Below are positions 31,061 to 40,895 of a stretch of 64,000 nt of DNA, piece by piece. Under the pieces are notes generated by a model. The model did not search any database, was not told the DNA's origin, and saw nothing but the letters and a program-made list of their open reading frames with translations. Origin of the DNA: a virus. The position numbers and the translations under genes are program-made. Location of the stretch: positions 17,524 through 81,523 of IMG/VR virus record IMGVR_UViG_3300032236_001065; one strand, given 5' to 3'. Every line of letters starts with the position of its first letter. The stretch's first letter is position 1.

Positions 31061-34000
31061 ATGTCTGACTTTGTTCATTTGCATGTCCATTCGCACTATT
31101 CGCTTATGGATGGTTTAAACACACCTCATGAATTACTTGAGGCTGCAAAAAATCAAGGTCAGGCATCTTTAGCCATTACAGACCACGGCTCTCTCGCATC
31201 CCATAGAGATATGCAGATTGCTGCCAAAGAACTAGGCATGAAGCCAATCTTGGGTCTTGAGGCGTACATATCTTCAACAGATAGATTTGACAAGAGAGCG
31301 GTTGCAAAGCGTGACGACAACACTTCTTTGTACAATCATATTATCCTGTTAGCAAAAGATGATTTAGGTCTAAAGAACTTACAAAAGCTTTCACAAATTG
31401 CTTGGACTGAAGGATACTATCACAAGCCCCGTATTGATATTGATGCACTTTGGGAATTTGGTGACGGTATAATTGTAGTGTCTGGTTGTATGAATGGACT
31501 TATCTCTAAGGCAATTGAGCGTGGGGATAATGAAAAAGCAAGAGAATATGTCAAGATGTTTAAGAATCGTTTTGGCAAAGACTTTTATATTGAAGTTCAA
31601 GCACATAACCCAGGGAGTTTAAATACAGCTCTGCTTGCGTTAGCAGATGAATTTGGAGTAAAGCCAGTTGCTACGGGAGATTGTCATTTTGCAAAGAAAG
31701 AGGAGAGGGATCTGGAAGAACTCCTCCTTATCCTATCAACTAAGCCCACGCAAAACAAAGAAGCAGACTATGCAAGTGGTCGCTCTTACACTAATGTTAT
31801 TGATAGATTTGACCACCTATATCCTGACCGCCCAATTAGTTTCTCTGAGATTAATGTATATATTCAATCCTACAAAGAAATCAAGGCGGACTTTGAGAAG
31901 GCGGGGATTACACGCAAGGATATCTACGAATCATCAGTAGAGATTGCAGACAAGGTTGAAGTCTATGACTTCCATGAGAATCTTGATTTGCTACCAGTAC
32001 CAAAAAAGAATGCATTAAAAACAGTAAAAGAGTTGTGCGAAAAGTCTCTAGTAGAAAAGGGTTTAGACAATGAGACATACAGAGAAAGACTCCAAGAAGA
32101 ACTTCAAGTCATTGCTGACAAAAACTTTGCTAGTTACTTCCTTGTTGTTGGCGATATGGTGGGTTGGGCGAAAGAAAACCAAATCATGGTTGGCCCAGGT
32201 AGAGGATCCGCTGCAGGAAGTTTAGTATGTTACTTAATGGGTATTACAGAAGTAGACCCAATTAAGTTTGACCTATTGTTCTTCCGATTTATTAATCCAG
32301 AGCGTAATGACTTCCCCGATATTGATACGGACTTTATGGACCGCCGTCGTGGTGAAGTAAAAGAGTATCTACGTAAAAAGTTTAAGCATGTAGCTTCTAT
32401 TTCTACATACCAATACTTCAAGGATAAGGGTGTTGTGCGGGATGTGGCGAGAGCTTTCCTAGTACCACTTGGAGAAGTTAATAAAGCACTAAAGGGTGTT
32501 GAGACATTTGAAGAGTATGAATCAAGCCAAAGCACAGAAGAATTCAGAAAGAAATATCCAGAGGTAACTAAGTATGCCTCTATGTTGCGTGGCAAGATTC
32601 GTGGTAATGGAATGCATGCCGCTGGTGTAGTTGTAGCAAGAGATGATATTAGTAAGTATGTTCCAATTGAAACTCGCAAAGACCCAAATGATTCAGTATC
32701 TGGTCGTATTCCTGTAGTTGCATATGATATGGATCAAACTGCAGACCTAGGTCTTATTAAGCTTGATGTATTGGGACTTAAAACATTATCTGTTATTGAT
32801 GATACTTTGCGTACCATTGAACATATTAAGAAGAAGAAGATTGATCTTAAATCAATTAAGCTTAATGACCCCAAAGTATTTGAAATGCTTTCAGGCGGTT
32901 TTACAAAGGGCGTATTCCAAGCTGAAGCAACACCTTATACAAACTTGTTGATGAAAATGGGTGTAAGCACATTTGAAGATCTTGCAGCATCAAACGCATT
33001 GGTACGTCCAGGTGCTATGAATACTGTGGGTGGCTCGTATATTCGCCGTAAAAAAGGTGAAGAGATGGTTACTTATGCTCATCCAATTATGCATGAGTTT
33101 ACCGAAAGAACATATGGTGTTATTATATATCAAGAGCAGGTAATGCAAGCCTGCGTTTATCTTGGCGGTATGTCTTGGGCGGATGCTGATAAGGTCCGTA
33201 AGATTATCGGTAAGAAAAAGGATGCGAGTGAATTTGATGCTTACAAAGACCAGTTTGTTCAAGGTGCGAGTAAGCATATTACAAGCGAGGATGCAATCAA
33301 ACTATGGCATGACTTTGAAGCTCATGCGGGCTATTCCTTTAACCGTTCTCACGCTATTGCTTACTCTATGCTGTCTTATTACACTGCTTGGCTTAAATAT
33401 TATTACCCTCTTGAGTTTATGTTTGCCGTTCTCAAAAATGAAAAAGACAAGGATGCCAGGACGGATTATCTACTTGAGGCTAAGCGGTTGGGCATTAAAG
33501 TACTACTCCCGCATATTAACGAATCTGAACTAGATTTCAGTATTCAAGGTAACTCAATTCGCTTTGGATTATCTAATATCAAGTATATTTCAGATAACAT
33601 TGGTAGCAAGATTACTCAGCTTCGCCCATTTAAATCCTACAAGGACTTTACAGAGAAGGCGGGAGTTAAGGGTAGTGGTATCAACTCCAGAGCTATAGAA
33701 TCCCTTAATATGATTGGTGCAGCAGCATTTGATGATAATAAGCGTAAGGGTACAGAGAATGAAAATCTATATGAATACCTTGGAATTCCAAAGTTTGATA
33801 CTGGCAAGTTAAGTCCTGCTATTAAAGCACAGGTTAATCCACTTGAAGAGTTTCTTGAAGAAGGTTGCTTTGTCCTACTAGCAATGGTCAAGTCCATTAA
33901 GAAAGGTCTTACATGGGCTCGTGTGGAGCTTGTAGACGATACAGGTTCAGTGGGTATCTTCCATGAAGTAAATACAAAGATTGAGCCAGGCATGATGTAC

Positions 34001-34336
34001 TTCTTCTTGGTAGGAGATAACCGCATTCACAAGTATGTGACAATTGATGATGTAGTCAATAAGGTTGATGACCCATTCGTACATTGGCTATACAAGGATA
34101 AGTTAAAGATTGATAATGGAAAGATGCTTGTTTTAGATTTTACACATTATAAGACTAAAGCAAACAAGATGATGGCACATATTATTTTGTCTGATGCAGA
34201 TAAAAAGCTTGAGAGAGTAATTGCTTTCCCGAAGCTTTATGCAAAGGCACTTGGAAAGATGCAGGCGGGAATGATTTGTGACCCCGCAATTGCACAGATG
34301 GATGATGGAACTTTGTTTGTTAAGGAGGTGAACTAA
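31061..34336 (+). CDS. dnaE: DNA polymerase III alpha subunit
   Basis: HLHVHSHYSLMDG PHP, GRGSAAGSLV, PDIDTDF, KLDVLGL, YSFNRSHA. Confidence 0.97.
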   Translation: MSDFVHLHVHSHYSLMDGLNTPHELLEAAKNQGQASLAITDHGSLASHRDMQIAAKELGMKPILGLEAYISSTDRFDKRAVAKRDDNTSLYNHIILLAKDDLGLKNLQKLSQIAWTEGYYHKPRIDIDALWEFGDGIIVVSGCMNGLISKAIERGDNEKAREYVKMFKNRFGKDFYIEVQAHNPGSLNTALLALADEFGVKPVATGDCHFAKKEERDLEELLLILSTKPTQNKEADYASGRSYTNVIDRFDHLYPDRPISFSEINVYIQSYKEIKADFEKAGITRKDIYESSVEIADKVEVYDFHENLDLLPVPKKNALKTVKELCEKSLVEKGLDNETYRERLQEELQVIADKNFASYFLVVGDMVGWAKENQIMVGPGRGSAAGSLVCYLMGITEVDPIKFDLLFFRFINPERNDFPDIDTDFMDRRRGEVKEYLRKKFKHVASISTYQYFKDKGVVRDVARAFLVPLGEVNKALKGVETFEEYESSQSTEEFRKKYPEVTKYASMLRGKIRGNGMHAAGVVVARDDISKYVPIETRKDPNDSVSGRIPVVAYDMDQTADLGLIKLDVLGLKTLSVIDDTLRTIEHIKKKKIDLKSIKLNDPKVFEMLSGGFTKGVFQAEATPYTNLLMKMGVSTFEDLAASNALVRPGAMNTVGGSYIRRKKGEEMVTYAHPIMHEFTERTYGVIIYQEQVMQACVYLGGMSWADADKVRKIIGKKKDASEFDAYKDQFVQGASKHITSEDAIKLWHDFEAHAGYSFNRSHAIAYSMLSYYTAWLKYYYPLEFMFAVLKNEKDKDARTDYLLEAKRLGIKVLLPHINESELDFSIQGNSIRFGLSNIKYISDNIGSKITQLRPFKSYKDFTEKAGVKGSGINSRAIESLNMIGAAAFDDNKRKGTENENLYEYLGIPKFDTGKLSPAIKAQVNPLEEFLEEGCFVLLAMVKSIKKGLTWARVELVDDTGSVGIFHEVNTKIEPGMMYFFLVGDNRIHKYVTIDDVVNKVDDPFVHWLYKDKLKIDNGKMLVLDFTHYKTKANKMMAHIILSDADKKLERVIAFPKLYAKALGKMQAGMICDPAIAQMDDGTLFVKEVN

Positions 34337-34536
34337 TGGAAAATCAAGATGTAGCTAACGCTAATATATCCCTAGAACAAATTTTGGCAGCAATCATTAA
34401 TAAGTTTGGTTCAATTGATATTGATATCAAGGACTTGCTAACAAATTATTCAGCTAAAAGTATTTCAGTAACTCAAGATCCAGATAACAAAGTTGTTACT
34501 TTTGAGCTTGTTGAGAGTCCAACAGAAACCGAATAA
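34336..34536 (+). CDS. Hypothetical protein
   Basis: SD AAGGAGGTG; coupled to dnaE stop. Confidence 0.65.
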   Translation: MENQDVANANISLEQILAAIINKFGSIDIDIKDLLTNYSAKSISVTQDPDNKVVTFELVESPTETE

Positions 34537-34556
34537 ATAGTGTATAATATAAGTAT

Positions 34557-34811
34557 ATGGCTCAGTCCTACATACTTAAAGGTACGGAGAACGAGTTCTT
34601 GCTAGTAATTAGAGCAGAGGACGAAAAAGCAATCTATAACATTATAGATTTTTTAGCGACTAGTCGTAATGAACAGATTAAAGAGTTAGCAATAGAATTA
34701 GAAAAGAGTTTACATGATAACGGAAGAGATTCTAGCAAAACTAGATCCAAAAACAAGGTCAAGGCTTCAACTAGCAACAACAGTAAGCGTAGAAAAACAA
34801 AAGACACCTAG
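34557..34811 (+). CDS. Hypothetical protein overlapping recA start
   Basis: TATAAT at 34543-48 just before ATG. Confidence 0.55.
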   Translation: MAQSYILKGTENEFLLVIRAEDEKAIYNIIDFLATSRNEQIKELAIELEKSLHDNGRDSSKTRSKNKVKASTSNNSKRRKTKDT

Positions 34812-35712
34812 CATTGCTTTGACAATGGGTCTCAAAGGAGGCTTGGGCTTTGGTCGTCAAGTTCTTATTTGGGGAAATAAATCTGCTGGTAAATCATCAT
34901 TCTGTTTACAAATGATTGGTCAGGCACAGAAAGAAGGTAAGACTTGTGCTTGGATTGATGCAGAGGCATCATATGACCCAGCATGGGCAGCCCGCTTGGG
35001 TGTTGATTCAGAATCTCTTATCTATTCACCAGCCAAATCTATCAATGACATGGTGGATGTTGCACAGCAACTTATGGAAGCGGGAGTAGATATTATTGTT
35101 GTAGATTCTATCTCAGCTTTACTTCCCGCCATTTATTTTGAGAAAGATAGTTCTGATCTCAAGAAACTTGAAGACACCAAGCAGATTGGTGCAGAAGCAA
35201 AGGATATGACACATGCAGTCAAAATGCTTAACTATGCCAATAAGAATACATTACTCGTGCTTATTTCTCAACAGAGAAATCAATTCGGTAGCATGCATGC
35301 ATCGCACATCCCTACAGGCGGAATGGCAGTTAAGTTTTTTAGCAGTACCGTCATTAAACTTTGGGCATCGGAAGCTGATGCGAATGCTATTAAGGCTGGA
35401 ATCCAAGTTGGTGACAAGATTATTGAACAAAAAGTTGGTAGACCAGTCAATTGGATTATTGACTACAACAAAACTGGGCCAATGGGTTTATCAGGCCAGT
35501 ACGACTTTTATTTTCAAGGTGATAAAGTTGGAGTTGACGTTGTTGGCGAGATCCTAGATACTGCAGAAATGATGGGCATTGTACAAAAAGGCGGTGCTTG
35601 GTACACTGTTAATGAAGAACGTTTTCAGGGTCGTGCAAAAGCCGTAGAATATTTGCGGGAAAATCCAGATGTAGCTGAAAAGATTAAGGGAGAAATATAT
35701 GACAAGTCTTGA
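34714..35712 (+). CDS. recA: RecA/UvsX-like recombinase
   Basis: GNKSAGKS Walker A, WIDAE, IVVDSISAL, TGGMAVKFFSS, GAWY...FQGR. Confidence 0.95.
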   Translation: MITEEILAKLDPKTRSRLQLATTVSVEKQKTPSIALTMGLKGGLGFGRQVLIWGNKSAGKSSFCLQMIGQAQKEGKTCAWIDAEASYDPAWAARLGVDSESLIYSPAKSINDMVDVAQQLMEAGVDIIVVDSISALLPAIYFEKDSSDLKKLEDTKQIGAEAKDMTHAVKMLNYANKNTLLVLISQQRNQFGSMHASHIPTGGMAVKFFSSTVIKLWASEADANAIKAGIQVGDKIIEQKVGRPVNWIIDYNKTGPMGLSGQYDFYFQGDKVGVDVVGEILDTAEMMGIVQKGGAWYTVNEERFQGRAKAVEYLRENPDVAEKIKGEIYDKS

Positions 35713-35890
35713 GCAGTTTCTTAATAAAGATACAAAAACAAAGCACAAGAGAGTTGAACCAGCAAGCGGTTCATTTGCTTGTCAAAGTCAAGATTGCAAA
35801 GAAATTGTCTTTGAAGGTTTTGTTGATAAAGAAGAAAATCGTCTCTACTGGATATGCAGTCAGAACCATGAATCAAGTGTGGTATTTTAA
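35699..35890 (+). CDS. Small Zn-binding protein
   Basis: CQSQDC...WICSQNH. Confidence 0.6.
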   Translation: MTSLEQFLNKDTKTKHKRVEPASGSFACQSQDCKEIVFEGFVDKEENRLYWICSQNHESSVVF

Positions 35891-36198
35891 TGTCAGAGCG
35901 TGGAGAAATCAAGCGTGATGGAGCAAAAGGACAAAAAAATTCTGGTCGTGGCGATTACCAAAAGGGAGACGCTCAATGGCATAATTTTGTGGTTGATTAT
36001 AAAGAGTATGAGAAGTCAATCTCTATATCAAAAGCTATTTGGGCTAAAATTTGTACGGACACCTTTAAGGTGGATAGGAATAAGAGTCCAGTTCTCAAGC
36101 TTATCCTTGGTGGAGAAGGCTCTAAAACTAGACTTGCAGTAATTGAATGGGCTTTGTTGGAACAACTAATTGAGTGTTGGGAGACACATAATGATTGA
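35890..36198 (+). CDS. PD-(D/E)xK nuclease, Holliday junction resolvase-like
   Basis: E...NSG....KGD....FVVDYK pattern. Confidence 0.7.
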   Translation: MSERGEIKRDGAKGQKNSGRGDYQKGDAQWHNFVVDYKEYEKSISISKAIWAKICTDTFKVDRNKSPVLKLILGGEGSKTRLAVIEWALLEQLIECWETHND

Positions 36199-36373
36199 TG
36201 ATACTAACCTAGATGAGTTTCAAATCTGGTTTCAAAATGGTGTAGAGCGTGGATGGATTTCAGATGTTTTCTGTGCAACCCACGATGGAGTACCATCTAT
36301 TTCTGAGGAAGAAGAAAAGGAATGGGAAGAAGGCGGAGACCCATGCCAGTTCTGCGTTAGGATTCTTGAATGA
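36191..36373 (+). CDS. Hypothetical protein (C..HDG...DPC)
   Basis: GWISDVFCATHDG...EEGGDPC. Confidence 0.65.
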   Translation: MIDDTNLDEFQIWFQNGVERGWISDVFCATHDGVPSISEEEEKEWEEGGDPCQFCVRILE

Positions 36374-36696
36374 CAGAAAAGCCAGTTATTGAATTAATCA
36401 GCGAACTTACAGAGTTCAATGATATGAAGCAATTCATGAGTGACCCAGATCTTGACTATGCTCTTGATTTGATTATTAAGCTTATTGCAAAGCCAGATGT
36501 TCCATCATCAAAGGCTCCCGATCTTATTGTAAAGATGCAGGCTTTGTCTGCTAAGTTTGCTATGATGTCACGCTATTACACCACCTTTGAAAAAGGCGGG
36601 GAGAACAGCAAGAAGAAGAACGTGTATTACACAGCTGAAGAAGCAATCAATAGATTAGTAGATGCTCTAAAGTATTCTGCAAAGTATGGAGCATAA
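36370..36696 (+). CDS. Helical hypothetical protein, possible recombination mediator
   Basis: Operon context between recA and cas4. Confidence 0.6.
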   Translation: MTEKPVIELISELTEFNDMKQFMSDPDLDYALDLIIKLIAKPDVPSSKAPDLIVKMQALSAKFAMMSRYYTTFEKGGENSKKKNVYYTAEEAINRLVDALKYSAKYGA

Positions 36697-36812
36697 TGAA
36701 TTTTTTAAGAAGACTTTTCCATAAGCATGTTTCAACAGATATAGCATGCCCTTTTACTGGAAAGACATACATAATGTGCTCTGAATGTGGTAAAAGGATT
36801 GGTGTCAGATAA
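36696..36812 (+). CDS. 38-aa Cys/His peptide (not in ORF track)
   Basis: MNFLRRLFHKH...CPFTGKTYIMCSECGKR; TAATG coupling at both ends. Confidence 0.55.
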   Translation: MNFLRRLFHKHVSTDIACPFTGKTYIMCSECGKRIGVR

Positions 36813-37597
36813 TGGGAAGAGATTTAATAGCTAATTTAAAGTTTCAAAAGGTATCAGACCCAGAAGGCTTTGATCCAATTAAATTTGCAGAAATGTATGA
36901 GGAGGCAGTATTAAGTGGAAAAAGACCAAACGAATTCACGCAGAAGAAAACTTTTAGCCCTAGCACTGTTGGTTATGGTAATGGTAACTGCCCTAGATAT
37001 TGGTTCATTGCTTTTACTGGTGCTGAGTTTGAAAATGAAACTGATGCTATGGGTGTCGTTAACATGGATAATGGTACGTATGTTCATGATCGCATTCAGA
37101 AAGTCATGGCTAAAACTCCAGTATTCAAGGCAAATGAAACAGAAGTTACCCATGATGATCCTCCAATTAGAGGATTTGCAGACACTTTTATTGAATGGAA
37201 CGGAAAAGAAGTAGTAGGCGAAATCAAGTCTGCCAAAGAAGAAATATTTGCAATCAGACAAGCTGAGATGCAAGGGCTTCCATACCATAAAGTTCAGCTA
37301 TTAACTTATATGAAAATACGTGGAGCAAAGCAAGGTTTCTTTTTCTATGAAAATAAAAATGATAATTCATTTTTAATTATTCCAATTAACATGGATGAAA
37401 AGAATGCCAAGCTTGTTGACGGTGTATGGGACTGGATGCGTAAAGTATACGGTGCATATGAGGATGGAACTTTGCCAGAAAGAACATTTACCAAATCAAC
37501 ATGGGCATGTAAGGGTTGTCCAGTTAAGAAGGTATGTTGGGCTGAGAAGAAAGATCTCGGTGAGGTTTACATAGAACCGTTGGTGCTTGAAAAATGA
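36812..37597 (+). CDS. Solo Cas4-family (Fe-S PD-(D/E)xK) exonuclease
   Basis: CPRYW, GTYVH, GFAD, EIKS, QLLTY, CKGCPVKKVC. Confidence 0.88.
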   Translation: MGRDLIANLKFQKVSDPEGFDPIKFAEMYEEAVLSGKRPNEFTQKKTFSPSTVGYGNGNCPRYWFIAFTGAEFENETDAMGVVNMDNGTYVHDRIQKVMAKTPVFKANETEVTHDDPPIRGFADTFIEWNGKEVVGEIKSAKEEIFAIRQAEMQGLPYHKVQLLTYMKIRGAKQGFFFYENKNDNSFLIIPINMDEKNAKLVDGVWDWMRKVYGAYEDGTLPERTFTKSTWACKGCPVKKVCWAEKKDLGEVYIEPLVLEK

Positions 37598-37881
37598 AAT
37601 GTGCCTATGATGAATGTAAAAAAGAATTTACTCCTAAAACACACAATCAGAAATATTGCTCTGATGAATGTTGCCGAATAGCAACTAATCAAAAATTAAA
37701 AGAAGCTTACTATGAGAAGAAGGCAAGACTTGCGGGCAAGCAAAGGATTTGTAAAACTAAAGGCTGCAATGTAATTTTGAGTAGATATAATGAATCAAGC
37801 ATATGTGATAAGTGTGTCAGCTCTTCTAAAGAAAATGATAGAAAAGCCCTAATAGAAATGATAGAAAATGTCATTGGCTAA
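37594..37881 (+). CDS. Cys-rich Zn-finger protein
   Basis: CAYDEC...KYCSDEC...CKTKGC...CDKC. Confidence 0.7.
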   Translation: MKCAYDECKKEFTPKTHNQKYCSDECCRIATNQKLKEAYYEKKARLAGKQRICKTKGCNVILSRYNESSICDKCVSSSKENDRKALIEMIENVIG

Positions 37882-38425
37882 GCTTGTAAAGCCCAGAGGT
37901 ACTAAAGTGCTAGGCATAGATGCCAGCACTAATAGCCTTGCATTTTGCTTGATGAATGGAAAAGAGGCGGTTAAATGGGGAGAGATCACATTTGACGGGG
38001 CAGATGTATACGAAAGAATACTTGATGCCAAAAGAAAGATTAAATCATTTAAGAATCAGCTAGATACTGATTTTGTTGTTATAGAGGCTGCTATATCAGT
38101 TAAGTCAGTGCACACGGGAATGAAAATGGCATACGTATTTGGTGCTATAATGGGAGAGTTGCTTAGTAATAATGTTGAGGTAGTGGAGGTTCACCCCATA
38201 ACCTGGCAGTCATACCTTGGAAACAAGAATTATACTAAGGCAGAGAAAGAGGCGATTAAACTTGAATTCCCAGGAAAATCAGATAACTGGATTAAAGCAA
38301 AAATCAGAGAAAGAAGAAAACAAAGGACGATTGACTTTGTTAGAAATATGGGCGTTAAAACTGAGTCCGATAATGTCGCTGATGCGGCGGGAATAGCGTG
38401 GTATGCAGTAAATGAAATTATATGA
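37868..38425 (+). CDS. RuvC-like Holliday junction resolvase
   Basis: VLGIDAS, VVIE, DNVADAAGIA RNase H-fold acidic residues. Confidence 0.88.
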   Translation: MSLAKLVKPRGTKVLGIDASTNSLAFCLMNGKEAVKWGEITFDGADVYERILDAKRKIKSFKNQLDTDFVVIEAAISVKSVHTGMKMAYVFGAIMGELLSNNVEVVEVHPITWQSYLGNKNYTKAEKEAIKLEFPGKSDNWIKAKIRERRKQRTIDFVRNMGVKTESDNVADAAGIAWYAVNEII

Positions 38426-38573
38426 CTCTAAAGAGTGGTGCTATAAAAGATATGTAGTAGAAAAGAAAAAAATTGTTGATATGGCTATGGAAGCTAAATG
38501 CTCACATATGACAATTCAGCGATCACTAGAAAGATTTGGATTTATCAAGAAACCTAGAAAGTGGACTAAATAA
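38412..38573 (+). CDS. Small HTH DNA-binding protein (not in ORF track)
   Basis: MKLYDSKEWCYKRYVVEKKKIVDMAMEAKCSHMTIQRSLERFG. Confidence 0.65.
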   Translation: MKLYDSKEWCYKRYVVEKKKIVDMAMEAKCSHMTIQRSLERFGFIKKPRKWTK

Positions 38574-38887
38574 TGGCAAAAAACTATGACGACCTATATT
38601 TGCATGCAGTAAATGCTCCATCTGGACATAGAATCCTTGACAAGTGTATGAATATAGCACAAATGCTTATTGATAAAAATATATCCTATGGCGACTCCGC
38701 CCTGTCTCCAAAAAGAATATTTTCAACTTCAGATAATGTAGAGCAGCTTAAAGTAAGAATTGATGATAAGTTAAATCGTATTGCAAATGCTCAAGGATAC
38801 CCAGGCGATAATGATATTGATGATATGATTGGTTATTTAATCTTACTTAAAATTGCTATTGACAAGAACCGACAAGATGGAGTATAA
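38573..38887 (+). CDS. Nucleotide modification-associated domain protein (DUF1599-like, all-alpha NTP pyrophosphatase fold)
   Basis: KNISYGDS...VRIDDKLNRI...DMIGY. Confidence 0.75.
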   Translation: MAKNYDDLYLHAVNAPSGHRILDKCMNIAQMLIDKNISYGDSALSPKRIFSTSDNVEQLKVRIDDKLNRIANAQGYPGDNDIDDMIGYLILLKIAIDKNRQDGV

Positions 38888-38888
38888 T
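38859..38888 (+). promoter_or_regulatory. Promoter TTGACA-N18-TATAAT, leaderless transcript
   Basis: Perfect consensus; ATG at 38894 five nt after the -10. Confidence 0.85.
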
Positions 38889-38893
38889 TAAGT

Positions 38894-39073
38894 ATGCCAA
38901 CATATCCATATGCTTGTGTAAATTGCGATACAAGTGAAGAAGTGACTAGAAAATTTAATGACCCAGAAGTAATTCCGCCATGCCCAACTTGTGGGTATAA
39001 AATGGCAAGAGTATATACCCCCGCAGGAATCCAATTTAAGGGTTCTGGTTTTTACAAAACAGATAATGGATAA
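38894..39073 (+). CDS. FmdB-family Zn-ribbon protein (not in ORF track)
   Basis: MPTYPYACVNC...CPTCG...IQFKGSGFYKTD. Confidence 0.88.
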   Translation: MPTYPYACVNCDTSEEVTRKFNDPEVIPPCPTCGYKMARVYTPAGIQFKGSGFYKTDNG

Positions 39074-39074
39074 A

Positions 39075-39809
39075 ATGGAAAATCAAGAAGATTTTGAAAA
39101 ACATGAAAGAATATTTTATTTAAAAAAACAATTAGAAATTTTTGAAGCAGCTGATGTAGAATATTCCAGGTTCGGCAGCACAAATGATGGTGGATACATT
39201 CTTGTAAATGATCTGGTTAATGATGATTATTTGCTTTCAATGGGTGTTGAAGGAAACGTAGACTTTGAAAAAGATTTATCTAAAATAATTTCAGGTATGG
39301 ACTTGTACGATTTTTCTGTTTCAGATTTACCTGAACCAATAAATAATTCAATTTTTTTTCAAGAAAAAATTGGTTTAAAGGAAAATGGCGATACAGACTT
39401 GTCAGCCTGCCTAGAAAGAATTAGTTTGACTACAGACTTAATTTGGAAGATGGATATAGAGGGCGGGGAGTTAGATATTTTGCCTTATGTTACAGAAGAT
39501 CAACTAAATAGGTTTAGACAAATAGTCATTGAATTCCATGATATGGATAGACTTGAATCAGACATGGAATATTATAATAAGGTTTTATCTTCGCTTATTA
39601 GTATAAGGAGAACACATACGCCAGTTCTTGTTCATCCTAATAACAATATACATTTAATAGTAATAGGAAATTCTCCAGTACCGCCAGTTTTTGAAGTATT
39701 GTATTTAAGAAATTCAAGCTATTCTTTTAAAAACAAAATAGATCCGTTTAAAAATTTGATTGCTAGAAATAATTTAATTAAGCCAGAGATAGGATTGACA
39801 TTTCCATGA
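39075..39809 (+). CDS. FkbM-like SAM-dependent methyltransferase
   Basis: RFGSTNDGGY, SMGV, KMDIEGGE, QIVIEFH, HPNN. Confidence 0.85.
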   Translation: MENQEDFEKHERIFYLKKQLEIFEAADVEYSRFGSTNDGGYILVNDLVNDDYLLSMGVEGNVDFEKDLSKIISGMDLYDFSVSDLPEPINNSIFFQEKIGLKENGDTDLSACLERISLTTDLIWKMDIEGGELDILPYVTEDQLNRFRQIVIEFHDMDRLESDMEYYNKVLSSLISIRRTHTPVLVHPNNNIHLIVIGNSPVPPVFEVLYLRNSSYSFKNKIDPFKNLIARNNLIKPEIGLTFP

Positions 39810-40567
39810 AAAAGAAAATACTCATTTATTGTCTTTTCAGAGACTCGTCATATTATATAAAATTTCATTATAAAATGATGAAGCAAATTGTTGAAACTTT
39901 TCCAGAAATAGAATTTTATTATTCAGCATATGAAAATGATTCAATTGATAGTACGCCAGAGTTACTTCAGAATTTGAACTGGTCATTTTTTAAAGATTAT
40001 TCAATAGTTACTGAAAAACTAGATACAAAAAAGTATGGTCCAGTAATGGCAGAAGACAGGGTAAAAAATCTTTCCATAGCAAGAAACAAAGCTGTTGAAG
40101 CAAAAGATTTTTATAAAGATGTTGATTATATAATGATGTTTGAATCAGACATTGTTTTTGATATTTCAACTGTAAAAAAGATTATTAATTTTGATATAGT
40201 TGAGCCAGAGTTTGATATAGTTTCTGGCTTTACTTCTTTCATGAGAGATCCAATATTAATATATGATACTTGGGCTACCCGAACGACCAATAGATACGAC
40301 AATGATTTGCATCCAATTGATTTAAAACCAGATTGGCAGAATACCTATTACGACACTTACTATACAACATCAAATGGAATTTGTTTGATGAAGGCCGAGC
40401 CATTTAAAAAAGGTGTGCGATACGATTATATAAATAAAAGTTATGGAAAATTTGACTGTGAAACAGCAGTACTATGCAAAAACTTTAGGGATCATAATTA
40501 CAACAATATTTATATAATTCATAAAGCTCTTATATATCATGGAGTGGCACTAAATGATTCCGATTAA
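39806..40567 (+). CDS. GT-A glycosyltransferase
   Basis: YENDSIDST, LSIARN, ESD, YDTWA, DCE motifs. Confidence 0.8.
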   Translation: MKKKILIYCLFRDSSYYIKFHYKMMKQIVETFPEIEFYYSAYENDSIDSTPELLQNLNWSFFKDYSIVTEKLDTKKYGPVMAEDRVKNLSIARNKAVEAKDFYKDVDYIMMFESDIVFDISTVKKIINFDIVEPEFDIVSGFTSFMRDPILIYDTWATRTTNRYDNDLHPIDLKPDWQNTYYDTYYTTSNGICLMKAEPFKKGVRYDYINKSYGKFDCETAVLCKNFRDHNYNNIYIIHKALIYHGVALNDSD

Positions 40568-40895
40568 AGAAAACAGACCGTGGGGATTTTACAGATCCCT
40601 GGAAGAGTCAGAGAACTATAAGGTTAAATATATTTGGGTAGACTCTGGTCATAAACTATCTTATCAAACCCACAAATATAGAAGTGAACATTGGTTCATT
40701 GTCTCTGGTGTAGCATTGGTTACTATAAATGATGAGCAAAATGTAATGTATGGCGGGGACAGTGTGGATATTCCAGTTGGCACACCACATAGAATAGAAG
40801 CTTTAAATACACCAGTAGAGTTTATAGAGGTCCAGTCTGGCACATATTTTGGTGAAGATGACATAGTTAGAATAGAGGATGCATATGGCAGATAA
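40554..40895 (+). CDS. Mannose-6-phosphate isomerase type II-like cupin
   Basis: RPWG, LSYQTH..RSEHW, HRI, IEVQSG.YFGEDDIVRIEDAYGR. Confidence 0.9.
   Translation: MIPIKENRPWGFYRSLEESENYKVKYIWVDSGHKLSYQTHKYRSEHWFIVSGVALVTINDEQNVMYGGDSVDIPVGTPHRIEALNTPVEFIEVQSGTYFGEDDIVRIEDAYGR

Noticed and set aside
36812-37597. CRISPR-Cas locus suggested by Cas4
   Set aside because: No repeat-spacer array or other cas genes seen; solo Cas4-like nucleases are common in phage replication modules
38991-39074. N-terminal extension of the methyltransferase ORF
   Set aside because: Overlaps the clear FmdB gene 38894..39073 in another frame; start 39075 (or 39066) is more likely
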